Part shown: piece by piece, positions 50,916 to 62,643 of the stretch
Layout of the letters: each line of letters opens with the position of its first letter
Position numbering within the stretch: position 1 is the first letter of the stretch
Source: Mobula hypostoma
Lineage: Eukaryota
Assembly (NCBI RefSeq): GCF_963921235.1
Contig: NC_086102.1
Location: 141,980,001-142,044,000 of the forward strand
DNA length: 64,000 bases
Direction of reading: 5' to 3'
Notes under the pieces: model-generated
Seen by the model: only the letters and a program-made list of their open reading frames with translations
Database searches by the model: none
What the model was told of the DNA's origin: nothing
Program-made: the position numbers and the translations under genes

Positions 50916-52617
50916 ATGGGAAAGGCAAGGACTCTTCTGTATATGAGGTAAATTAGTAGCCTTCATGAATACTCGAGGAACTATTAACACAGATATGCTC
51001 CTTTCCACAGATCATCTTCTACGAGGACAGGAACTTCCAGGGTCGACACTATGAGTGCAGCTCCGACTGTGCCGACCTCTCCCCTTACTTCAGCCGCTGT
51101 AACTCCATCCGTGTCGAGAGTGACTGGTGGGTGTTGTACGAAAGACCCAACTACATGGGATACCAGTATGTCCTGAGCAGGGGAGAGTATCCTGACTACC
51201 AGCGCTGGATGGGATTCAATGACACAATCAGGTCCTGTCGCAGTTACCCGTATGTAAGTTGCAATTTCTTTTTCACAGAATTTGATCTTTTGCAGTTTGA
51301 CTTTGCTGCTGGAGAACTTGCCTCACAAGTGGCCACTGGGTATTTAATATGCCCAAGTGTATTAATATGGAAGGACATTTTGACGCAAAAGAGGAGTGAG
51401 TGTTGGGTCTCATAAAGAGCATTAAATTGCCTAAGTCCCCAGGGGCTGATGGGATATACACCATGTTATAGAGAGAGGCAACAGATGAGATTGCTGCGAC
51501 TTTAACCAACATCTTGAGATCTTTTCTAGCTATCTGGAATTTTGCAACAGTTTTGGTCGCACCATGATAGGAAGGTCGTCGAGGCTTTGGAGAGGGTGCA
51601 GAGAAGGCTTGTCAGAATTCTGCCAGATTTTGAAGGCATGCGGTATAACGAGAGGGTGGACAATTTTGTGTTGTTTTCTCTGGAGCAGCTAACGCTGAGG
51701 AAGAGATCTGACAGAGGTTTCATAGGTTATGACAGTTATCAATAGAATAGACAGACAGTGTCTTTTTCCCACAGTTAAAAGATATAAAACCAGAACACAT
51801 GCACTTGAAGTGCGAGGGTGTAAGTTCAAAGGTGTTGTGAAAGGCATGTTTCTTACAGAGAGTTGTGGGAGCCTGGAATGCACAGCCTGTGTGTTATTAG
51901 GAGAGAGATGGGAACTTCTGCAAGATGTTTCATTAGGCACATGAATGTGAGGGAAGTGGAAGGAAATGGACATTATTTAAGCAGAAGGGATAGTTTATTT
52001 CACCATTTAAATATAATGACCAAATAAATTACAATTTACTAACTTAATTGGTTCAGCAGATCATTGTGGTCCAAAGAGCCTGTTGCTGTTTTATGTACTA
52101 AGTTTTAAAGGCAGAATTTCTCATATTTTCTCCTGTGTTTTTCTTCAACATACTTGAACCAGTAGCAATGCTAGTTGGAGACGTTGTTGAGGCAGGTAGT
52201 TAGTGAAATGATCAAATTGCACCTGACTTTATTTCCCGTTGACGTCAATGTCCAGTCTGTGAATTAGTGTTCAGACGTCGTGTATAATAGGAGAATACTA
52301 AACAAAACATCATTATTAAAACTCTGTGTTTTCTATTCTAGTACCGAGGTGGAAACTACAGGATGAGTATTTACGAGAGGCCTGACTTTGCAGGGCAGAT
52401 GATGGAATTCATGGATGACTGTCCCTCTGTCTACGATCGTTTCCGTTATCGTGACATCCACTCCTGTCAGGTGATGGATGGTTACTGGATCTTCTATGAA
52501 CATCCCAACTACAGAGGCCGACAGTACTTCCTGAGACCCGGGGAATACAGGAGATACAGTGACTGGGGCGGCTACAACTCAAAGACCGGGTCCTTCAGGC
52601 GCATGAGAGACTTCTAA
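50916..52617 (+). CDS. Gamma-crystallin gene 6, 175 aa, exons 50916-50924, 51011-51253, 52342-52617
   Basis: Open frame. Intron 1 is divergent but the same length (86 nt) and still GC-AG; intron 2 acceptor is TCTAG. Confidence 0.95.
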
Positions 52618-52777
52618 AAGTGGCTCTTGAAAATCTGATTTTAACTTGTTGAAATATTTATGGAGTTAATAAAATTTACCTTTGATGACATGATCAGTTT
52701 ATTTGATTCATTTACCCTGATCCACCGGAAATCACATTAGAACAGTAATCATAATCTGAATACCACATTAAATTGTT

Positions 52778-54651
52778 CTTTCTTTCTTTTTTCAATCTTT
52801 TTATTGATTTTTTTTAAAAAGTGTGTATACAAACAGGAGGAGAATATGTCTGGTATATATGTCAATAACAGTACATACAGAAGGTAAAATAAACAATATC
52901 AGAATCACACTAGTATTGATCTACAAAGTATAAATTTGATATAGAATGTATAATACAGAAGAAAATGTAATTCATTCTCCTCTAATAAATTTATGAAGAA
53001 TGGAAGGACTATTAGAAATTTTTATATAAAAAAAGAAAAAAAAACACTGTTCTAAACAGAAAAAAAGGACTGGGCATTCCATCCTGACAGAAAACCAAGA
53101 CAAGAGAGACTCTCTGATCAAATCCAAGGTTCTGAAAAAATAGCTGGAAGAGAGTTAGTTCAAAAATCAGATCATATGAAAATATTGGATAAAAGGTCAC
53201 CAGGTTTCTTCAAATTTAAAGAATGTATCCAATGTGCGACTTCTTATTTTCTCTAAACTTAAACAGGACATGATAGAGGAAAGCCAATAAAAGGCGGTAG
53301 GAGGGTTAGGGTCCTTCCATTTAAGTAAACTGGCTTTCCTAGCCAATAAGGTTGAAAAGGCTATCATCCGCTGAGCGGAAGCAGGAGTATATCCTGCTTC
53401 CGATGGAATAATCCCAAAAATAGCTGTAAATAAGTTTGGTTGTAAATCCAATTCCAGCACTTTTGATAAGGTTTTAAAGACATCTTTCCAAAAATTCTCC
53501 AACTTTATGCAAGACCAAAACATGTGAGTTAAAGTGGCCACCTGAGTATTTCATCTATCACAAATAGCATTAATATTGGGAAAAATATGGGCTAATTTAT
53601 CCTTTGACATATGTGCCCGATGCACTATCCTGAACTGTATCACGGAATGACGAGCACAAATAGATGAAGTATTTACCAGATGAATAATTTTACTCCTTTG
53701 ATTATCTGAAAGTAATGCTTGAAATTCCAATTCCCAGGCAGTTTTAATTTTATCGTTAGATATCATTCGTAAATTCAATAACCATTTATAAATTGTAGCT
53801 ATTAATCCTTTTTGGAGTGGTTTAACCTGGAAGAGGGTATCTATTATATTAGATGGATAAGCGGAAGGATAATTTGGAAGCAAAGTATTAAAAAATTCCT
53901 TATTTGTAAATATCTAAAAAAGTGTAAATTGGATAAATCAAATTTATCCGCCAACTGAGTAAAAGACATTAAACAATTCCTTATAACCAAATCTGAAAAA
54001 GTTATTATTCCTTTGGTTTTCCAAATTAAAAAGGCCTGATCTAAAATTGATGGTTTAAAAAAATAAATATGATATATTTTACTAGAAAGAACAAAATTAT
54101 TTAATTCAAAAAATCTGCGAAACTGAAACCAAATTCTTAATGTACGTTTAATATATTATATTTTAAAGATCTGTATAAATATAATTTTCTCCCATTAATT
54201 GATCATACCTAACAAATACTTTCTAAATGGTCTCCTATGATGCTGTCATTAATTGATCGAATTACTGCTATTAAAATGATAGTTCTACCGAAATTCTTAT
54301 ATATATTTCAAGCAGTTCCTTCATTTGTTCCTAAACAGTTTTTAACAGAATAGACTCTAAAATTTTATCCTGTGTCTGGAACAATAAAAATCCTAGATTG
54401 AGTAAACCTTTATTGCAGAAATTAAAAAAGAATGGTGGTATCGCTTTGCCAAATCTTAGAATGTACTACTGGGCAATTAATATACAATATATTACCTTTT
54501 GGATTCATTATTCAAACATATATGACTGTCCTTTATGGGTGGATTTAGAAAAAAACTCGGTGAAGGAGTATTCCTTGGCTTCTTTACTGGGAGCTCCTCT
54601 TCCTTTTCTGCTCTCTAAGATTGGTAGACAAGACCTTAATCCTATTATTAA
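52778..54651 (-). mobile_element. L1-clade LINE with 5' inversion (minus 52778-~54155; plus ~54157-54651)
   Basis: T-rich tail at left; CDR..TLTHMFWSC on minus; GGIALPNLRMYYWA..NPIIKH on plus; TSD ACATTAA(A/G)TTGTT at 52765-52777 and 54652-54664. Confidence 0.88.
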
Positions 54652-56109
54652 ACATTAAGTTGTTTTACCACAGTTGGTTCCAGTTAACAGATAACATTAT
54701 GATGATTCATAGGAAGCTGAAAAATGTAAACTAAATTGAAAGTTGTTCTTTGCCTCTTGTGTTATTGTGTCTATTGAGAGGCATTAAGTTCCATTTCTGA
54801 ATATATTTCCAGTGAATTTAATGAGTACTAATACATATTTTTATGATTTCCATAATTCTGATGGTTTTTTGAAATGACTTCACAAAAGTAGAAATAATGT
54901 ATAGAGAGATGTGGAGTTAAACAGCAGAGGAAGTGGCACTTTTACAAATCATGATAAACTCTACCAAAGTTGAGACCAGCATAAACAACAAGGTGAAATG
55001 GACAGAAATCTGCTGGCTAGTTTAAACATATTTGTGATTCTGTGTGGAACTAGATAGTGAAGGATGGAAGTTGAGTCAAAATTGATGTTGAATGATTTAA
55101 AGCTGCAGAAGCTTCTAAGGAAGTTTAACAAATCAGAAAGAATTATTTAAACCTTAGTAAACACAGATCCGAAAGAATGTAATCAGACTGAAATGTATGT
55201 GTTTGAAAGGATGAGGAATCTCTGGAATTGTCTACCCGGAGATTGTAGAGGCAGAACGAGGAAGTGGAAGCAGTCTAAGGAAATTGGAATATGGGGAAAT
55301 GGCCCAGAAAAGGACAGTAGCAGGTTCTGCTGGAACCTCTTAACTTCGTACCACTTAACACTACAACAGTATGACAGAAATCGGGAAAGTGTGTAGCAGT
55401 TTAACATTGAGCAAAATCTGAGTTGAAATTGAATCTTAATATTTCCACATATTTTTGGTGGCTTTCAGTTCACCTGAAATTAAGTCAGAGTAGGGTACTG
55501 TGAAGGGATTTAATTTTGAAAGTGGGCACCGTAGATATTACAGCAAGGCTTTTTGCTGTAACGAGGAGCAGTAATACCTTTACTTTGGGAAGACTGCCTC
55601 ATGTCTTGTTGAGGGATGCTAATGTAAGGACAGATGAACTTTTCCAGATTAAAGACATATTTCTGTGGTTATTTGGAGTGACGGATGATCTCATTGAAAA
55701 AGAACACATCCTGAACCACACCAATGGGTTGACGTTGAGATATTTCTACCACTAGAGGCCTTGGACAGTTGTCACAGCTATCAGATAAAGCGGCAAATAC
55801 TTAAAGTTGAGGTGTTGAGAAATACCTTCTCACCGAAATTGGCAAACCAGTGACCCGGTAATGTAGGAGCTAATTAACTGTAGAGTATGTATCAACTGAA
55901 TGAACTGCCTGAAATAAACATCTCAGATGTAATTTCCTTAAACATAAAAAATACCCCAGAGCAGAAGAAACTGATGTGTGACATTATCGAGGTTTTTAAA
56001 AACATGAATTGTGTATAAGGTTGAGGGCCGCAGAATTTTTAAGAGAGTAGAGTTGTCTAAAATGAGACAGCTTAGATTTTGGATGAAAGAGGAAAAAGAG
56101 GAACTGAGG

Positions 56110-58295
56110 AGCAGAAAATAGTGTATCAAACTGGAAACAACCAAATGAATTATACATTGACACACCTTCAATACATAGATGATTTGAAATTATATGCTCC
56201 TTCCTTCATCAGTAAAGCTAAAGCAATTAATTTAAAGAGTACAGCTATTTTCAAAAGATATAAACATGAGCTTTGGATTAGATAACTGCAAGGTGTTAAA
56301 CATAAAGGAAGGTGCAATAGAGCTAGTAGAATATAAAACAGAGCAGCACGACACAATACAACTGAAGATGAGTCAGAAATGTAATTATGTACTTCCGATA
56401 TCAAGAAGCATAGAAATTAGATCATAGTGTGATAAAGGGTAAACGTTCATCAGAATTTGCTTCAAGGTTTGCCAAAAAAGAGCTCCATAGTAAAAATACA
56501 AAAAGACAATAAACACTTTCACTGTCCCCATATTTACATACCCTTTTGGCAAAAGTTTTTGATTTGAACCCAATCTGGAGAATTTACAAAGAAAACTACG
56601 AGCTGAAATGTCAAATTTTAGAAAACACAATGTACACTCGAACACATCAGGTGTTGGCAAGGAAACGTCGAACCCCTGGCTAGAGTTTGAGACTTCTTCC
56701 CAGACACAGACGGGCTCCATGTGGCAATACAGGACCAGGTTGTTAACACAAAAAAATTATCAAAATACATTATAAAACACCAAAAAAATTCAAGATGATA
56801 AATGCAGAAAATGCCAAGAGAAACCAGAACAGTTCAGCACATCCTGCAGGAGTTTAACTCCTTCTGATTACTTACACAGGCACAATCAGTGGCAAATATC
56901 ATTCACCAAAATCTTGTTTTAAAATACAACTTCAGAAATGACACCATACCCTTACTATAAATAGTAGCCTAATCCACTATTAGAGTCAGTTCTAGAAATT
57001 ATGTTACATCCAATCTATTGTTACAGATAAGACAATCTATAATAACTGTCCAGATATAATATTACAGGCTAAACAAGGAAGAACAACATATTTAATATGT
57101 AATACCCTGTTAAATATGTTGTCGTTCCTTGTTTAGTCTGTAACATGTAATGCCCTGTTTAAGAATTCTACTGCTAATGCTGTGGGGTATTTCATTTGGG
57201 AGCCTTCTGTAAAAGCAGTGTGTTTTGCTGGTAGAACGGTTTGCTTTCAGCTAAAGATAAGGGACCATGATGTTCAGCTTACGAATGGCGTGTCAGCCAA
57301 TCAGGATGGTGAAATTGAGAGAAGGTGCTAGAGAGATTTGTGATGCACACTGGTGGGGTTCGTGATCTTGTTGGAGGGAGAGGCAGAGAAGAGAATATTG
57401 GGAGGGACAGCCGTAGGATTCAATCTGATGGGAAGATGCAATTGCAAGGAGTGCTTTGTGAGCTGAAGGAGTCCAAGATGGGATGCTCTACTGGTGATTG
57501 GTGATGAGAATTTAGCATCATGAGTAATGGTCATCCTCAGCTTTTGGATAACATGAACTCTAATGTCAAATTGAGATTTCAACTGGTAAAACTGTAATAG
57601 GCCATATTTTTGCTTTTCTTTCTTTTCTTTCCTTTAATAACTGTTTGATAAAACTAAAATTAGCAAATACACTTTCCTTATCATTGAATGTGTTGTATGA
57701 TCTGTTATTTCTTGCTGACTGTTAATTGTGTATGGGCAGTATTTACACAGCATTCGCTCTAATTGGTGTTCCGTTAATCAAAACATCCCAACTTTCCTGT
57801 TTAGTTGACTACCATATTATTCCAAATCAAGACGTATATTGTCTATGAAAGGTGGCCTTCGAACTACTGAGTAATGTGACTGTTAGCAGAGGGGCTAACG
57901 AGCCAAGGTTGAATTCAAACCCAGTGAAATGGCTACAAATAGATGGAGCCATTCAAAACACACATAAAATACAGAAATCAAAAAATAAAAAACACTAGAA
58001 ATATGCAGAATTAAAAGAAAAAATTGCAAGATTATGAAACATAAACAGGTTATACATCGTCCCAATAGTAATCTTTACAACTGGTATCATCTCAACCCAA
58101 AGTCACGACACAATAGAATAAAGCAATTAGACCTACCCAGCAATACTTATGTAAATCTTCAGAAAGCTACAATACGAAACACTGCTTGAATAGTCCAAAC
58201 GTTCCTCGCAATTGAGAAATGAATGTGTTTGGCAATGCCTGTCCCTCAGGTTTACCGGCTAATGCTGAGATAAAAACATACCAATAATAATAATT
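56110..58295 (+). mobile_element. Cassette R4/Dong fossil (unit 6) with solo LTR 57146-57937
   Basis: HLQYIDDLKLYA etc.; LTR TGTAAT...GGCTACA|AATA. Confidence 0.78.
57062..57143. repeat. Inverted repeat (34-bp arms, 14-bp spacer)
   Basis: TTACAGGCTAAACAAGGAAGAACAACATATTTAA ... TTAAATATGTTGTCGTTCCTTGTTTAGTCTGTAA; 3 mismatches. Confidence 0.9.
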
Positions 58296-59355
58296 AATGA
58301 ATAAGCAATAAATATCAAGACATGAGCTGAAGAGTCATTGAAGGTGAGTGTAAAGTTCATAAGAAGAGTTCAGTCTTGGGACAAGTGAAGTTGAGTGAAG
58401 TGATTCCATCTGGTTCAAGAGCTTGATGGTGGAGGAGTAATACTGTTCCCAAACCTGGTGCTGTGAGTCCTGAGGCTCCTGTAGAGAGCAGCAGTGAGGA
58501 GAGAGCGTGACCTGAGTCGAGGGTTTCCTGATGACGGATGCTGCTTTTCTGCGATAACGCTCCATGTAGATGTGCTGAATGGTGGAGAGGTCCTTACCCA
58601 TAATGGACTGGGCAATATCCATTATGTTTTGCAGTGCTTTCCATTCAAGGGCTTTGGTGTTTCCATACCTGGCCATGATGCAGCCGGGCAATACACTCTC
58701 CATTACCCATTTACAGAAGTTTGTCAATAATTTAGACGTCAAGCCGAATCTTTGTAATACTCTAAGTAAGTAAAGGCGCTGCAGCGCTTTCTTCATAATT
58801 GCACAGCACTGAGCCGCCACCTCTATTCTTTCATCAGCAAATTCAGATGTGACTTACCTTCAATATTCTCAGCTGGGCAGAGTACGAGTCTTATGAAATT
58901 GTCACATGATGGAACTTAAAATTGCTGATCCTCTCCACCTCTTAATCCTCCAATGAGGACTGGCTTATAGCCCTTAGTTTCCTCCTCCTGAAATCAATAA
59001 TCAGCTCCTTGGTCTTGCTGACAGGGAGTAAGAGGTTGTCATTGTGACACCACTCAGCTGAATTTTCAGTCTCATTTCAACATGCTGATTCCTCACAACC
59101 TGTTGTCACCTATGTCGCCTCATCTTACTTTGTAAGAAGTGGTAGCACTCAAGCTCTGCCACAACTTGATGATCATTCTTCAGTGATTCAAGGCCACCCC
59201 TGAAACGTCACTTCACTCATGAAATGCATTGCGGAGATCATACCCGGACCTCTGGTAACTCTCTTAGCCACCAGACTGGAATGCCTCTGATCTGGGCATC
59301 AGCAGATGGTTGGATTTCTTGATTCATCCAGGCTCCTGTTTGGGAAAGACACTGG
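58295..59355 (-). mobile_element. Cassette Rex/Babar fossil (before gene 7)
   Basis: KKALQRLYLLRVLQRF..ESVLPGCIMARYGN.. on minus strand. Confidence 0.75.
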
Positions 59356-59371
59356 GGATATACTGGTAGAT

Positions 59372-60428
59372 AACACACATCAAAGTTGCTGGTGAACGCA
59401 GCAGGCCAGGCAGCATCTCTAGGAAGAGGTACAGTTGACGTTTCGGGCCGAGACCCTTCATCAGGACTAACTGAAAGCAGAGATAGTAAGAGATTTGAAA
59501 GTGGGAGGGGGAGGAGGAGATCTGAAATGATAGGAGAAGACAGGAGGGGGAGGGATGGAGCCAAGAGCTGGACAGTTGATTGGCAAAAGGGATATGAGAG
59601 GATCATGGGACAGGAGGCCTAGGGGGAAAGAAAACGGGGAGGGGGGGAAACCAGAGGATGGGCAAGGGGTATAGTCAGAGGGACAGAGGGAGAAAAAGGA
59701 GATAGAGAAAAAGAACGCGTGTATATAAATAAATATCGGATGGGGTACGACTGGGAGGTAGGGCATTAGCAGAAGTTTGAGAAGTCAATGTTCATGCCAT
59801 CAGGTTGGAGGCTACTCAGACAGAATATAAGGTGTTGTTCCTCCAACCTGAGTGTGGCTTCATCTTTACAGTAGAGGAGGCCGTGAATAGACTTATCAGA
59901 ATAGGAATGGAATGTGGAAATAAAATGTGTGGCCACTGGGAGATCCTGCTTTCTCTGGCGGACAGAGCGTAGGCATTCAGCGAAACTATCTCCCAGTCTG
60001 CGTGAAGTCTCGCCAATATATAGAAGGCCACATTGGGAACACTGGACGCAGTTTATCACTCCTGCCGACCCACAGGTGAAGTGTCGCCTCACCTGGAAGG
60101 ACTGTCTGGGGCCCTGAATGGTAGTGAGGGAGTAAGTGTAAGGGCATGTGTAGCACTTGTTCCGCTTACAAGGATAAGTGCCAGGAGGAAGATCGGTGGG
60201 GAGGGATGGCGGGGGGGGACACGAATGGACAAGGGAGTCGCGTAGTGTGCGATCCCTGCGGAAAGTAGAGGGGGGGAGGGAAAGATGTGTTTAGTGGTAG
60301 GATCCCGTTGGAGGTAGCAGAAGTTACGGAGAATAATATGTTGGACCCGGAGGCTGGTGGGGTGGTAGATGAGGACAAGCGGAACCCTATTCCTAGTGGG
60401 GTGGCGGGAGGATGGAGTGAGAGCATCC
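59372..60428 (-). mobile_element. Second Penelope-like retroelement (GIY-YIG 3' part)
   Basis: RVPLVLIYHP, CSQCGLLYIGETSRRLGD, LEEQHLIF..QPDGMN; ACTGGTAGAT duplicated at 59362-59371 and 60429-60438. Confidence 0.92.
59433..59468 (-). ncRNA. Minimal type I hammerhead ribozyme motif
   Basis: Minus strand AGUC-CUGAUGA-A-GGGUC-UC-GGCCC-GAAA-CG-UC-AACU: intact core and stem II; one mismatch in stem I. Confidence 0.7.
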
Positions 60429-61120
60429 ACTGGTAGATGATTGTTTGTATAAACTATGGTTAGTTATTGTAATCTGAGTAATTCATTGAGATATTGGCCT
60501 TTCTCATATCAGAAAAATGAATTAAAAGGAATGGAGTATTAGAAGGATGTTGAGGAAATCCAGAATGTGGAGGTGATTGAAATGCTGAGTGTATGTGTAC
60601 AGTTCTTCAATGACAGGAGAGTGGAAGGCTTTGACTGTTCAACGTGTTCAACAAGAGAAGTGGAGCAAACATAATGAATGCGGGAGGTGGGAAAACTACA
60701 AGGAACCACTGTGAAAGACAATATTAACTCACACTTGGAGGGTCAAGGGGTTCATGAAGGGAGAGGGAGCAGAGCATATTGAAGACAAATCACGTTTGAC
60801 TCATCTGGCTGAACTTGCTGGTAAAGAATAGAGGTGGCTGATCAGTGTTGTGCAGCAGAAACTGTACAGATAGATTGTTGCAAGACGTTTATCAGTTGAA
60901 TAAGGTATCTCCTCAATTTAGGCAGTTTGGGAAAAAGAACCAAAATGCTACTTTGACCTTTGTGAATGGACCTGGGTGATATGTAGCTGTGAATGTTCCT
61001 AAACTATTTGGTTTAGACAACAATTAAAATGATAAGAAAGCACAACTGAAAGAATCTACAATGCAACAAATGGCTTTCTGTTGCTTTTTGACAATAAATG
61101 AAAAAGAGGATTTTGCTGCA

Positions 61121-61198
61121 TTTTGCTGATGTTTAATGTTGTGTCATCAGAACAACAAGAAACTGCCTAGTGAGACCTTTCTACCCTGCATATAAATA
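61121..61198 (+). promoter_or_regulatory. Gene 7 half-MARE-like motif + TATA box (61191-61198)
   Basis: Same motifs and spacing; a second TTTTGCTG lies 10 bp upstream. Confidence 0.75.
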
Positions 61199-61255
61199 CC
61201 AACTCGTGTTAGACTGTGAAACATTCAGCTGGTTACCAGACTCACTGTGTTCAAA

Positions 61256-62643
61256 ATGGGAAAGGCAAGGGCTACTCAGTAAATGAACTAAATGAGAATT
61301 CTTCATGAACACCTGAGAAACTATTAACACAGATATGTTTCTTCCCACAGGTCATCTTCTACGAGGACAGGAACTTCCAGGGTCGGCACTATGAGTGCAG
61401 CTCCGACTGTGCCGACCTCTCCCCTTACTTCAGCCGCTGTAACTCCATCCGTGTTGACAGTGACTGGTGGGTGTTGTACGAGAGACCCAACTACATGGGA
61501 TACCAGTATGTCCTGAGCAGGGGAGAGTATCCTGACTACCAGCGCTGGATGGGATTCAATGACTGTGTCAGGTCCTGTCGCAGTTACCCATATGTAAGTA
61601 GCAATTTCTTTTTCAGGGAATTTGATCTTTTGCAGTTTGGCTTTGCTGATGGAGAATTTGCCTCACAAGCATCTACTGGGTATCAAATATGCCTGAGTGT
61701 ATTAATATGAAGGGCATTTCAAGGCATAGGAGGCAGTAGTGTTGGGTCTCGTAAAGAGAATTAAGTTGGATAAATCCCCAGTCCTTGATGGGATATAGCC
61801 CAGGTTATTGAGAGAGGCAAGAACTGAGATTGCTGGGACCTTGACCAACATCTTTGGATCTTTTTTAGCTATTTGGAGTTTCGCAACAGTTTTGGTCGTC
61901 GAGGCTTTGGAGAGGGTGCAGAGGAGGATTGTCAATAATGCTGTCAGAATGAGAAGACGTGCTATAACGAAAGGGTGGACAATCTTGTGTGGTTTTCTCT
62001 GCAGCAGCGAAGGTTGAGGGGGAGATCTGAGAGAAGTTTCTAAGCTTATCAGAGGTATCGATAGAGTAGACAGACAGTATCTTTGGCCCACAGTTAAAAA
62101 ATATAATACCAGAGGACATGAATATGTTTTAAGATCTAAATGCAGAATTTCTCATATTTTCTCCTGGGTTTTTCTTTAACATATTTGAACCAGTAGTAAT
62201 GCCAGTTGGAGACATTGCTGAGGCAGATAGTTAGTGAAATGATCAAATTGCATCTGACTTTATTTCCCATTGATGTCAATGTCCAGTCTGTGAATTAGTG
62301 TTCAGATGTAGTGTATAGTCGGAGAATAGTCTATAAAACATAACTAAAACAGTGTTTCCTATTCCAGCACCGAGGTGGAAACTACAGGATTAGGATTTAC
62401 GAGAGGCCTGACTTTGCAGGGCAGATGATGGAATTCATGGAAGACTGTCCCTCAGTCTACGATCGTTTCCGTTACCGTGACATCCACTCCTGTCAGGTGA
62501 TGGATGGTTACTGGATCTTCTATGAACACCCTAACTACAGAGGCCGACAGTACTTCCTGACACCTGGGGAATACAGGAGATACAGTGACTGGGGTGGCTA
62601 CAACTCAATGATCGGGTCCTTCAGGCACATGAGGGACTTCTAA
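61256..62643 (+). CDS. Gamma-crystallin gene 7, 175 aa, exons 61256-61264, 61351-61593, 62368-62643
   Basis: Open frame (MGK|VIFYEDR...|[11 protein letters not shown]...GSFRHMRDF*). Intron 2 is shortened by a deletion near 62120. Confidence 0.95.

Noticed and set aside
4626-62643. Array as an assembly false duplication
   Set aside because: Copies carry distinct substitutions and private insertions with their own TSDs; read-level confirmation is still desirable.
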